A DNA stretch of 64,000 nucleotides, taken from positions 73,198-137,197 of the forward strand of contig MENI01000097.1 in NCBI GenBank assembly GCA_001768195.1, read 5' to 3'. Under the pieces are notes generated by a model, which saw nothing but the letters and a program-made list of their open reading frames with translations, ran no database searches and was not told the DNA's origin. Made by a program: the position numbers and the translations under genes. The DNA is from Bacteroidetes bacterium GWA2_40_15 (lineage in GTDB: Bacteria; Bacteroidota; Bacteroidia; Bacteroidales; VadinHA17). Positions within the stretch are counted from its first letter, which is position 1; every line of letters starts with the position of its first letter. Shown piece after piece: positions 19,497-28,700 of the stretch.

Positions 19497-21479
19497 TCAT
19501 TGATTTTTTCGTAACAGTAATTCCGATGCATAGTTGATTTGTTCAGGATTACCCAGAAGATAGGTTATATCTCCGGCATGAAAAGTTGTTTCAGGTACAG
19601 GATGTTCAATGATATCGGTTCCTCTTCTTATTACCAGCAGGGTGACTCCGGTCTCTTTTCGCAGATTAATATCGAGAAGTGATTTATTCTCAGCCTGAGA
19701 ACCCTTCTCTACCGTAACAGCCGAAATACTGATATTAGGAAATTCATCAAGAACAGATGGTCGGTTTACTATATCCTTATGACTGAATTCCCCAAGACTC
19801 GTATTTCTTATATGAGTGAGAATTCGGTTTACCTGCTTTTGAGGGACCAGCCTTTTTATAAGTATTCTGTTCAGCAGGTCGATTGCAATTTCCAGCTTTT
19901 CCGGTATCACCTGGTCGGCACCTGCCTTATATAATAATTCAACATTTTGTATCAGAGTTCCTCTTGCAAGGACATAAGCATTTTTGTTGATGCGTTTTAT
20001 CTTATCAATTATTGCCATTGAAGGTATAAGGCTTCCAACCGATATCACAACTATATCAGCTGAATCTACATGAGCTTTTCTTAGAATAGGTTCATTTACT
20101 GCATCCCCGTAAACCACCTTATCGCCATTGTTCATTTTTTCACGTGCAATTGCCGGATCGAAAATTATTGAGATATGCTGAAGGTTATTCAATTTTGCCA
20201 TCACCGATAATTTTATTGCACTTGCATCCTTTCCGATAATTACCAGATGGTTCTTAAAATCCGGAATATCAGTTTCTTTCAGTGGAAACAAACCTTCAAC
20301 AACTACCCTGGGAAGCTGTAGTTTCAATAATGTATTAACCAGTGGTTTAGAAAGATAAAAGAGGAACGGGGTTATGGCCATTGTAATTACTGCCACAGCA
20401 AGGAACAGATGGTAGTAATAATCAGAGATTATAGAATTATTAAAACCGATTTTGGCCAGCACGAATGAAAACTCTCCCACCTGGCTGAGAGCCAGCCCAA
20501 TTAATACAGTTCCCTGAAGTGTATGTCCGAGAATGAAACCGGTACTGCCTGCTATAATTGTTTTTGCCACAAGCAGAAGGATCACACTTAATATAATTAT
20601 CAGATAGTTATCGATAACAAAAGTCATATCCAGCAACATTCCGATTGATACAAAGAAGAAGCTGGCAAAAACATCTTTGATAGGCTGGAAGTTCCCAAAG
20701 GCATTATAGCTGTATTCCGATTCGGATATCATCAGCCCTGCCAGAAATGCTCCAAAAGCAAGTGACATCCCGAATTTTGAAGTAAGCAGGGCAATTGCAA
20801 AGCAGATCAGGAATATGCTCATCATGAAGAGCTCCTGGTTTTTTGTGAGAGCTATCAGATGCAGTAGTTTCGGAAGAAGCCATCTGTTGCCGGCATAGAC
20901 CAGTCCAATAATAATGATTACCTTAAATGTAAGGGTAAGAAATTCTTTCTGAAGGTCCAGTGAATTATCTGCCAGCAGGTTAGTGAACAACAGAAGAGGA
21001 GCAAGCAGCAGATCCTGAAAAATCAGTATCCCCAGAACTGTCCGGCCATAATTTGAAGTCAGTTCTGAACGTTCCTGAAGCATCTTAAGTACAATGGCGG
21101 AACTGCTGAGGGAAGCAAGGAAGCCTATAAATATCCCTTCCTGCCAGCTCATTCCGAACAACCTCGAGACGATTAAAAATACTCCGGCAGTAACTGAAAC
21201 CTGCAAAAAACCACCCAGAAATGCTCTTTTCCTGATCTTCAGCAGATGCTGCAGGGAGAACTCCATTCCGATAGTGAACAGCAGAAGAACTACACCTATC
21301 TCAGCAATAAGTTCAATTTTATGCGTTTCGCTTACCAGTGACAGCAGGTGAGGTCCGGCAATAACTCCTGTAAGTAGGTATCCAACTACAGTAGGTATCT
21401 TAAACCTTGTGAAGACCAGATTCACCACTGTAGACAGGGCGAAGATTATTACAATGTCCTTGAGTATGGATAATTCCAT
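19497..21479 (-). CDS. Monovalent cation:proton antiporter-2 (CPA2, Kef-type) with RCK/TrkA-N and TrkA-C domains
   Basis: 660 aa. The N-terminal roughly 390 aa form a Na+/H+ exchanger-type membrane domain. This is followed by a Rossmann-like HLVIIGKDASAIKL segment and a C-terminal TrkA-C-like domain (TVEKGSQAENKSLLDINLRKETGVTLLVIRRG). Confidence 0.8.
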   Translation of the reverse strand: MELSILKDIVIIFALSTVVNLVFTRFKIPTVVGYLLTGVIAGPHLLSLVSETHKIELIAEIGVVLLLFTIGMEFSLQHLLKIRKRAFLGGFLQVSVTAGVFLIVSRLFGMSWQEGIFIGFLASLSSSAIVLKMLQERSELTSNYGRTVLGILIFQDLLLAPLLLFTNLLADNSLDLQKEFLTLTFKVIIIIGLVYAGNRWLLPKLLHLIALTKNQELFMMSIFLICFAIALLTSKFGMSLAFGAFLAGLMISESEYSYNAFGNFQPIKDVFASFFFVSIGMLLDMTFVIDNYLIIILSVILLLVAKTIIAGSTGFILGHTLQGTVLIGLALSQVGEFSFVLAKIGFNNSIISDYYYHLFLAVAVITMAITPFLFYLSKPLVNTLLKLQLPRVVVEGLFPLKETDIPDFKNHLVIIGKDASAIKLSVMAKLNNLQHISIIFDPAIAREKMNNGDKVVYGDAVNEPILRKAHVDSADIVVISVGSLIPSMAIIDKIKRINKNAYVLARGTLIQNVELLYKAGADQVIPEKLEIAIDLLNRILIKRLVPQKQVNRILTHIRNTSLGEFSHKDIVNRPSVLDEFPNISISAVTVEKGSQAENKSLLDINLRKETGVTLLVIRRGTDIIEHPVPETTFHAGDITYLLGNPEQINYASELLLRKNQ

Positions 21480-21513
21480 ATACCGTAATGACGGATTATA
21501 AAGGTTAAGATCT

Positions 21514-22476
21514 CTACACAGCCTCTATAGTTGAGGGTGGTTTGGTCGCAATATTATATGTTACTGAAACTACCCCGGGAACACTCTTAAGTATAGATGA
21601 AGCAATTTTTTCAAGAATATCGAATGACAACCGTGTTGGTGTCGCCGTTCTTGCATCAATGCTGTCCCAGCAACGCACTTCTATCTGACGTCCGAAATCT
21701 CTTTTTCCGTCACACATACCAGTTACACGGTCGTCATGGAGAATAGCCATGTACTGGAAAGCACCACTGCCTGCAAGCAGCTTTTCAACAATTGATGTTG
21801 CCTTACGGACAATATCCAGCTTCTCCTGTGTAACCTCTCCAATGATACGTGCAGCCAGTGCAGGTCCCGGAAATGGTATCCGGTTAAACAACTCCTCCGG
21901 CAGCCCGAGTGCTTTGCCTGTCATCCTTACTCCATCCTTGCGCAGTTGGATCAAAGGTTCCAGGATATGGTAGCCAAAGGTATCCTGAGGATCTATCCCA
22001 AGTTGGGCAAAGACATTGTGCTGTCTTTTAATACCGGCAACTGTTTCATCCACATCTGTGAGGATTGTTCCCTGTAGCAGATATCTGGCTCCGCTCTCCC
22101 TGACTATGCGTCCGAAAACACTTTTGTAAAAAGTCTGCGTTATTGCCTCGCGTTTTTCTTCGGGATCAGTTATCCATGAAAGAGCTTCAAGGAATTCCTT
22201 TCTTGCGTCAATGATTTCCACGGTTACACCCATTTTTTTAAAATACCCTGCAACTTTTTCCGCTTCTCCTTCGCGCATCAGACCGTTTTGAATAAAGACA
22301 GTCCTGAGCTTTTTCCCGAGTGCTTTGTGTCCAATCATTGTCACTACCGAAGAGTCGACACCTCCGGAGAGAGCATTGATAGCTGTTCCGTTACCAACGG
22401 AAGCAACTATTTCGGCAACTTTTTCCGAAATGAATTTATCTGTATTCAGATCCTTTACTTTAATTTCTTTTGTCAT
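21514..22476 (-). CDS. Stand-alone GMP synthase-like ATP pyrophosphatase plus dimerisation domain (GuaA C-terminal half), with no glutaminase domain
   Basis: PP-loop SGGVDSSV, LLQGTILTDV, EPLIQLRKDGVR, FPGPALAARI and the C-terminal KPPSTIEAV all track the GuaA synthetase half. The protein starts directly at the ATP-PPase domain. Confidence 0.65.
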   Translation of the reverse strand: MTKEIKVKDLNTDKFISEKVAEIVASVGNGTAINALSGGVDSSVVTMIGHKALGKKLRTVFIQNGLMREGEAEKVAGYFKKMGVTVEIIDARKEFLEALSWITDPEEKREAITQTFYKSVFGRIVRESGARYLLQGTILTDVDETVAGIKRQHNVFAQLGIDPQDTFGYHILEPLIQLRKDGVRMTGKALGLPEELFNRIPFPGPALAARIIGEVTQEKLDIVRKATSIVEKLLAGSGAFQYMAILHDDRVTGMCDGKRDFGRQIEVRCWDSIDARTATPTRLSFDILEKIASSILKSVPGVVSVTYNIATKPPSTIEAV

Positions 22477-22553
22477 GGTATATGGTTTTGATATAAATTT
22501 ACAAAAAATATCTCTGCTATTAGTCTCTTTGCCCGAATGTTCATATCCTTGCA

Positions 22554-23147
22554 GTGTTGATTACAGATAATGAAATACTAAAGAAGATCGCCGGAGGGGA
22601 CAAAAATCAGTACAGGGTTCTGGTTGAACGATATCAGCAGGTGATATTCCGTACCTGTTTTGGTTTTGTGCATAACCGCGACGATGCTGATGATCTCGTT
22701 CAGGAGGTGTTTATTCAGGCATACAAGGCAATACCGGGTTTCAGGCATGAGTCGTCATTTTCAACCTGGTTATACCGGATCGCTGTTAATGCCTCCCTTA
22801 ACCATGTGAGGAGCAATTCAAAGAATTTTATTCTGCGCAGGATAGATGACTACTTTGGTTCAGGAAAGAGAGATACAGGTGAATTGAATGTTATTGATGA
22901 AGAGGATCCCGAAAGCATGCTTATCCGCGATGAGCAAAGGGCATGGATTAAAAAAGCTCTTGATTCTTTGCCTGATAATCAGCGTACGGCAATTGTTCTG
23001 AGCAAGTATGATGATTTATCACAGAAAGAAATAGCTGCCATAATGGATACATCAGAGGGGGCTGTTGAGGCTCTTATACAGAGGGCAAAGGCAAATCTGA
23101 GAAAAAGACTCTCTTCAGCGATTAACAAAAAGAGTATAAAACCGTAG
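22554..23147 (+). CDS. ECF-type RNA polymerase sigma factor (sigma-70 family, group 4)
   Basis: Region 2 (DDADDLVQEVFIQAYK...FSTWLYRIAVNASLN) and region 4 (LPDNQRTAIVLSKYDDLSQKEIAAIMDTSEGAVEALIQRA). GTG start. Confidence 0.85.
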   Translation: MLITDNEILKKIAGGDKNQYRVLVERYQQVIFRTCFGFVHNRDDADDLVQEVFIQAYKAIPGFRHESSFSTWLYRIAVNASLNHVRSNSKNFILRRIDDYFGSGKRDTGELNVIDEEDPESMLIRDEQRAWIKKALDSLPDNQRTAIVLSKYDDLSQKEIAAIMDTSEGAVEALIQRAKANLRKRLSSAINKKSIKP

Positions 23148-23186
23148 GAAAAAGAAAAAAAACGTTTCTAATAATTAAAAACAGAA
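23142..23186 (+). promoter_or_regulatory. Copy 1 of a duplicated promoter/operator-like motif (CCGTAGGA-N14-GTTTCTAAT...)
   Basis: CCGTAGGA at 23142-23149 overlaps the sigma-gene stop. A 14-nt A/T spacer precedes GTTTCTAAT at 23164-23172, and the anti-sigma ATG is at 23190. The same motif with identical spacing recurs at 24343. Confidence 0.45.
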
Positions 23187-23189
23187 AAG

Positions 23190-23621
23190 ATGAATTGCAA
23201 ATCATGTAATATTCAACTTGAACACTACCTCACAGGAAAACTTGACGAAGATATAAGGCTTCAGGTTGAAGAACATCTGGCCATCTGCAAGGATTGCAAG
23301 GAAAGTCTGAATCTGATGAAAATTGTTGAGAGGGTAATAAGCGAGGAGAAAAAGGTCGGATCAAATCCATTTCTCTCTACCCGCGTAATGGCTGCAATTG
23401 AAGAAATCGACCAGACAGATAAAAATTCTGTTTTTAGTACTATATTTGGAAAGTTGCTGAAGCCGGCGCTTATCACAGTTTCCCTGGCAGCATCATTGTT
23501 TCTGGGAATTGCATCAGGGAGTCTGATCAGGCCGGTTGATTATTCAGAACAAATAACGGAGGAGATTGCTTATCTGAATGATTCCTACATTGAATCATTG
23601 GAATTCTTTGCTGAAGAATAA
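23190..23621 (+). CDS. Anti-sigma factor with an N-terminal zf-HC2 domain and one TM segment
   Basis: The CKSC...H-x3-C-x2-C pattern (EEHLAICKDCKE) is typical of zf-HC2 anti-sigma factors. There is a single TM helix (ALITVSLAASLFLGIASG), and the gene lies immediately downstream of the ECF sigma gene. Confidence 0.75.
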   Translation: MNCKSCNIQLEHYLTGKLDEDIRLQVEEHLAICKDCKESLNLMKIVERVISEEKKVGSNPFLSTRVMAAIEEIDQTDKNSVFSTIFGKLLKPALITVSLAASLFLGIASGSLIRPVDYSEQITEEIAYLNDSYIESLEFFAEE

Positions 23622-23630
23622 AGATTTAAA

Positions 23631-24191
23631 ATGAGAGAGGAAAAGAACCGGTCATTGCTTATATGGGTAATTGTTGCTCTGGCACTTCTTAATGTTTCAA
23701 CGTTGGGTACAATTTTATTTCAGCGTTATACTTATAACAGGAGCCTGAGAGCCGAAACGGTCAGGTCTGCAACAGCGAATCCCAATTATGGCACTTTCAG
23801 CGGCAATTATTTTGGTGAAAGTCTTAATCTTACTCCTGAACAACAGAGTGAATTCCGGAAATTCGATCCCCGCTTCAGAGAGAAGGTAAAGGAAATCAAT
23901 TTCAGCCTCTCTGAACTGAGAAGCGAAATGCTCGGGGAAATGACAAAATCAGAAGTTGACACCGAGAAGCTTGATGAGCTGTCCGAAATGATAGGCAAAC
24001 GGCATAGCGATCTTAAGAAATTAACGTACAAATATTATCTGGATCTCAGGAGTATTTGCGATCCTCAGCAACAACAACTGCTTGAAACCCTGTTTGCGGA
24101 AACTCTTATGTATGACCGTAATCCGGGGAGCCAGGGTGGCCGTAACAGGATGAGAAACAGGGGAGGAATGCACAGGGGATGGGATCGATGA
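23631..24191 (+). CDS. Membrane-anchored Spy/CpxP-like (LTxxQ motif, 'periplasmic heavy metal sensor' type) protein with an Arg/Gly-rich tail
   Basis: N-terminal TM/signal anchor, an LTxxQ motif (LNLTPEQQSEF), a second Q-rich helix (DPQQQQLLETLF), and the C-terminal tail GSQGGRNRMRNRGGMHRGWDR. Confidence 0.6.
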   Translation: MREEKNRSLLIWVIVALALLNVSTLGTILFQRYTYNRSLRAETVRSATANPNYGTFSGNYFGESLNLTPEQQSEFRKFDPRFREKVKEINFSLSELRSEMLGEMTKSEVDTEKLDELSEMIGKRHSDLKKLTYKYYLDLRSICDPQQQQLLETLFAETLMYDRNPGSQGGRNRMRNRGGMHRGWDR

Positions 24192-24342
24192 TAAATCCTG
24201 CTGCGCTCCACTGGAAGAAAACATGGGAATACAGATGCAGAACAGGTTCCCCTCTGTGCGTTTTGATTCTTTAGTCTAATCTTTAGTCAAAATTTCATTG
24301 TTTACCTGTCTGAATGAGACGAGTAAAAAAAAAGACTTTTAC

Positions 24343-24386
24343 CCGTAGGAAAATAAAAGTTTTTGTTTCTAATCAATAAATCAGCA
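24343..24386 (+). promoter_or_regulatory. Copy 2 of the duplicated promoter/operator-like motif
   Basis: CCGTAGGA at 24343-24350, a 14-nt spacer, then GTTTCTAAT at 24365-24373. The downstream AATcAATAAAtCAG also resembles copy 1. It lies upstream of the Gly/Tyr/Arg-rich protein gene. Confidence 0.45.
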
Positions 24387-24453
24387 GAAGAATACATGAG
24401 TATAAATGCTGAAAAACTTGATATGTGTTTTATATTTTAATAACTTTTTGATT

Positions 24454-24891
24454 ATGAAAACAAAATTGTTACTTACAGGACTTGCGCTTATGATTGTTAC
24501 TTTCATTGCAAGTGGTCAGCAAACTGACAACAAGGTTAAACAACCAAATACACCACCTGCGAGAGGTGTTTATGTGGATGAAAATAAAGATGGCGTTTGC
24601 GATTATTTTGAAACCCGCCCGAATAATGTTCCTCCCGGAAGAGGAATGGCTTACGGCAGAGGCTATGGAAGAGGAAACCGCGCCGGATATGGCCCGGCAT
24701 ATGGAGCCGGTCGGGGGTATGCATATGGTGGAGGTTATGGCAAGGGTTACAGACGGGGAGGAGGATTTGGAGGAGGCCAGGCATCAGGTCTGGGCAGAGG
24801 CCAGGGACGGGGCCCGGGGAGCCAATATTTTGATGAGAACAAAAATGGAGTCTGTGACCGGTATGAAAAACCAACTGATACAAGTAAGTAA
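24454..24891 (+). CDS. Secreted Gly/Tyr/Arg-rich low-complexity protein flanked by two DENK[DN]GVCD motifs
   Basis: Signal peptide MKTKLLLTGLALMIVTFIASG. VDENKDGVCDYFE is at 24574-24612 and FDENKNGVCDRYE at 24829-24867, around a core GRGMAYGRGYGRGNRAGYGPAYGAGRGYAYGGGYGKGYRRGGGFGGGQASGLGRGQGRGPG. The likely start is 24454; the ORF-track start is 24406. Confidence 0.6.
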   Translation: MKTKLLLTGLALMIVTFIASGQQTDNKVKQPNTPPARGVYVDENKDGVCDYFETRPNNVPPGRGMAYGRGYGRGNRAGYGPAYGAGRGYAYGGGYGKGYRRGGGFGGGQASGLGRGQGRGPGSQYFDENKNGVCDRYEKPTDTSK

Positions 24892-24915
24892 TTGAAATAT
24901 TAAGTATTTGATAGT

Positions 24916-24950
24916 GAATTGTCCGGCCAGCTACCGGACAATTCTTTTAT
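24916..24950. terminator. Strong hairpin terminator shared by the convergent ECF module and the efflux operon
   Basis: GAATTGTCCGG (24916-24926), loop ccagcta, CCGGACAATTC (24934-24944), then TTTTAT. This is a perfect 11-bp stem. Confidence 0.75.
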
Positions 24951-24983
24951 AAGGAGCAGACCTGCATATTGTCTGAAAAGTGT

Positions 24984-25703
24984 TCACATAAATTTCTCCC
25001 TTTTCTGAAGATTAAGCAACGCAGCCAGCAGGAATATGACAGATCCGGTAATAAGTATTATCCGGTTCTTGAATGTTATTAATGCCCACGATGTTTCATT
25101 AATACCATAAGGAATATCAAAAGGATTGAGAAAAATATTCCACTGACTTCTTCCAAGGGATGAATCAAACAAAATCATAAATATTAGCCCTATTATTATC
25201 ATAATGACTGCAGTACCGTTGCCATTTCTGACAACAGTCGAAAGCATAAATGCAAGCATCCCCATGAAAAGAACCGGGACCATCACCTGAAGAGTAACTT
25301 TAAAAATCCGGAATTTCACAATCAGTACGGAGGAGAGAAATGTGAAAAGAAGCATGATGACAAATGCTACAACAAATATCAGAATGATCCTGACAAGCCA
25401 TACTTTATACCTGTAATCGGGAATTCCAAAGAGGATCTCAATCGTCCTGGCATCCATGTCATTCTGAATGCCGAATACAGACGGATAAAAAACCAGTAAT
25501 AATCCTGAGAAGAGGAAAACCCCGTAAAGATCGTCCATGTTCGAAACATCACTTTCAAAGACATAAATTACTGACAGGCCAAGATAGAATATTACAGATC
25601 CGGCAAGAAACCATATGAATTTGTTTGCAAATATTATCCGCAGGTTGTAAACTATCATTTTGTAAATGAGATTGATGAAATTTGTAATATTGTTCGTTTT
25701 CAT
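24984..25703 (-). CDS. ABC-2 type transporter permease (6 TM)
   Basis: 239 aa, six hydrophobic helices and no NBD. Its ATG overlaps the stop of the upstream RND-NBD fusion (ATGA at 25700-25703). Confidence 0.65.
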   Translation of the reverse strand: MKTNNITNFINLIYKMIVYNLRIIFANKFIWFLAGSVIFYLGLSVIYVFESDVSNMDDLYGVFLFSGLLLVFYPSVFGIQNDMDARTIEILFGIPDYRYKVWLVRIILIFVVAFVIMLLFTFLSSVLIVKFRIFKVTLQVMVPVLFMGMLAFMLSTVVRNGNGTAVIMIIIGLIFMILFDSSLGRSQWNIFLNPFDIPYGINETSWALITFKNRIILITGSVIFLLAALLNLQKREKFM

Positions 25704-28700
25704 CCTGCAATGTGATTTTTTATATTATTCTGGCTTTCATGACCTCTGAGCAGCCACAGGTAGGCGTCCTCAAGGCTGGGTGTTACCGGTCTGGCTCCTT
25801 TTCCGGGTGATGACCCGGATATGACCCTGACTCTTACATTATCTCCGTCCGACATATGGTTTACAACAAGATGACTATCAACAAATTCTGAGAATTCTGC
25901 GGCTGGGATTACATGTTGCCACACATGCCCTTCAGCTTTTCTGGTCATCTCAATAGGTTTTCCAAGATATCTTAGTTTGCCTTTATTCAGTACAGCAACC
26001 TGGTTACAGGAACTTGAGATGTCTTCAATTATGTGAGTTGAAAATATCACAACCCGTTCGCGACTCAGTTCCACAAGAAGATTTCTGAACCTTATCCTTT
26101 CACGCGGGTCAAGCCCTGCTGTAGGCTCATCCACAACAAGGATCCTCGGAAGGTGAAGCAGAATAAGTGCAATGCCCATTCTTTGTTTCATGCCTCCTGA
26201 ATAGGAGCCTATTTTTTCATGGCGTCTCTCTTCCATATGCACAGCCTGAAGAACATAAGTTACGCGTTCTTCCCTGGTTTTTACATCTGTTATGTTCTTC
26301 AGCATGGCCTGGTAATGAAGATATTCGTGCGCAGTCATATTCTCGTAACTCCCGAATTCCTGGGGCAGATATCCGATAAGTCCCTGGAGCTCTTCCCTCA
26401 TTTTCTGCGTATCGAGTCCGTTTATCCACACCTTACCGTAACTTTGTTCAAGAATTCCGCAGATTATTCTCATCAGAGTTGTTTTTCCGGCTCCGTTTGG
26501 TCCCAGAAGTCCAAACATGCCGTTGCCGATATTCATCGAGACGCAGCTTAATGCCTTAAATGGTTTTTTCTTCCTGCCGATCAGAGGTACTGCAGCAACA
26601 ATTTTGTAGATGGTTTTCCTGATATTCCTGAACCTTCCTTCAAGCCGGTAAATATCAATATTTTCCTTTGTGAGTTTCTGTCCGGTTTTATAAATGAAGA
26701 GTGACATAAACCATATGAATCCGAGGATGAGAACAACAGCAAGGTTATCCCATCGGAGCTGGAACCATGCCAGATCAGCCAGCGGGATCATCCAGAATAT
26801 AAGAATTTCAATTATACCGGAAATCCGTTTTATCCAGATCTTTTCTCCGTTCATGCTTTTATATGCCAATAGTTTTCTCAGGGAGGTCCATATCGCAGAA
26901 AGGAAAAACCAGGTGATTATGGTAAAGATGAATATCCAGAATCCTTTACTGAGAAAAAAATAGGTGAAGTATATCATAAAACCGAGTAGCGGTATCTGCC
27001 AAAGGAATTCTTTTAGATCACCGGATGATTTATATTCTTTCTCAAGTCCCAGCTTTTTTCTTATCCTTGCTCCGGCTTTCCATTCCCTTGTCCACCTGTT
27101 TTCCCTGTCATAGATTTTCACAAGGCTCTGAACATAAATATTTATGTTTTCATCAGCAGGGATGACAGTTTCCCTTGCTTTTTTAAGACTTTTCAATATG
27201 AACCAGGTTGCAGCCGGTATTAAGATCACAACAAGCAATGTCAAGATAATTTTCCAGATAAACTTATCTATATTGCTGTAGATAAGATAAATAGATATTG
27301 AAAGTATAATTATTTGCAGAACCTTGATTTTCCAGTTGAGCGAAAGGATCCATTTTAAAGCATTTTCCAGACCCGTATAAAACGTTGGGATGAAAACGAG
27401 TGTAAGAAGAGTGCTGAGTGTAAGGCCTCCTATTACAGTGATGGCGAATGAAGCACCGATTACTGAAACAAATTCTGCCTGTCCCATAGCAAGAGGGATA
27501 AGAGCAACGACCGTTGTCGCTGCAGTTATCAGTACCGGCCTGAGCCTTGCCATTCCTGCCATCATAAGCGCCCTGTGGGAACGGTAGCCTCGTTTGCGGA
27601 GGATATTGGTATAATCTATAAGAATTATGCCATTATTTACAACAACCCCCAGCAGAATAAGAAATCCGGTAAGAGTATTAGCATTGAGGAGTGAGTTTTG
27701 AGTCAGGATGAGCGCTATCAGCGATCCCAGAGCTGCAAGAGGGATACTGAACATAAGGACCACAGGAGTTACAACAGACTCAAAAACTGCAGCCAGAACC
27801 ATATATATCAGAAGAAAAGACACTCCGATCAGGTAATAGAAATCTTTGAGCTGATTTTCCTCATGAACTATTTCAACGGCAATTCCGGCAGGAATATTCA
27901 ACCCGGAGACTATTGATTCTATATCACTGCGGGCTCCCGCAAGCAGGTCCTTTGAATTCCTGATCTCATCGTTAAATGTGTAGGTGACTGTGACTCTTTT
28001 TTCCTGGTTTTCCCTGTGTATGTTACCCATGCCTGAGGAAAAAACAATGCTGGCAAGTTCTTCCATTTCCATAACCGAGCCATTGTTCCCGGTGACTTCC
28101 ATCCGCTTCAAGTCATCAATACTCTTTTCCACCGCCCTGTCAGAAAGATTTTCCTTATCCGGGTACTTAATCATAATGTCATAGCTTTCTGATCCCTGAC
28201 GGAACGTGGCTCCGGAGGAGTATTCCCGGCTGAATGTTGCCAGTGCGGCGGAAAGATTCATGAGTGTGAAGTTGTTCCTGCCCATGTAATCCATATCGAA
28301 GATCAGCCTTACCTCAGGCTTGTTATCCTGAACATTGACACTGGAGCTGCTTATTGTCGAAAGACCTTCCAGATAAGATTTAATATCGTCTGCCAGGTTC
28401 TTCATCTGGTTGAAATTCTGACCTTTAATTATAACACTCTCTTTTTCTGAACCGATACCAAGGAGATTCATAAAATCCGCTCCCGGATTATAATTTTCAC
28501 CACCACCACCTCCGGTGAAACCGCCTCCGGTTGAAAGCTCATTCATGCTGATTTCAGCTGAAGAGATATTTTTAACCTTTTGTTCTATATCATTTTTTAT
28601 TTCCGGCAGTGTTCTTTTGCTTGATTTATCCCACTCTTTCAGGAGGTTGATAGTAACTGTTGCCTGGTTTTCTTCTATACGGCAAACAATATCCTCCTTT

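Noticed and set aside
24494-24895. Two alternative ORFs (24494-24895 plus strand, 24536-24883 minus strand) overlapping the Gly/Tyr/Arg-rich gene.
   Set aside because: They arise from the stop-poor GGN/CGN repeat tract. Only the 24454 frame has a signal peptide and the twin DENK[DN]GVCD motifs.
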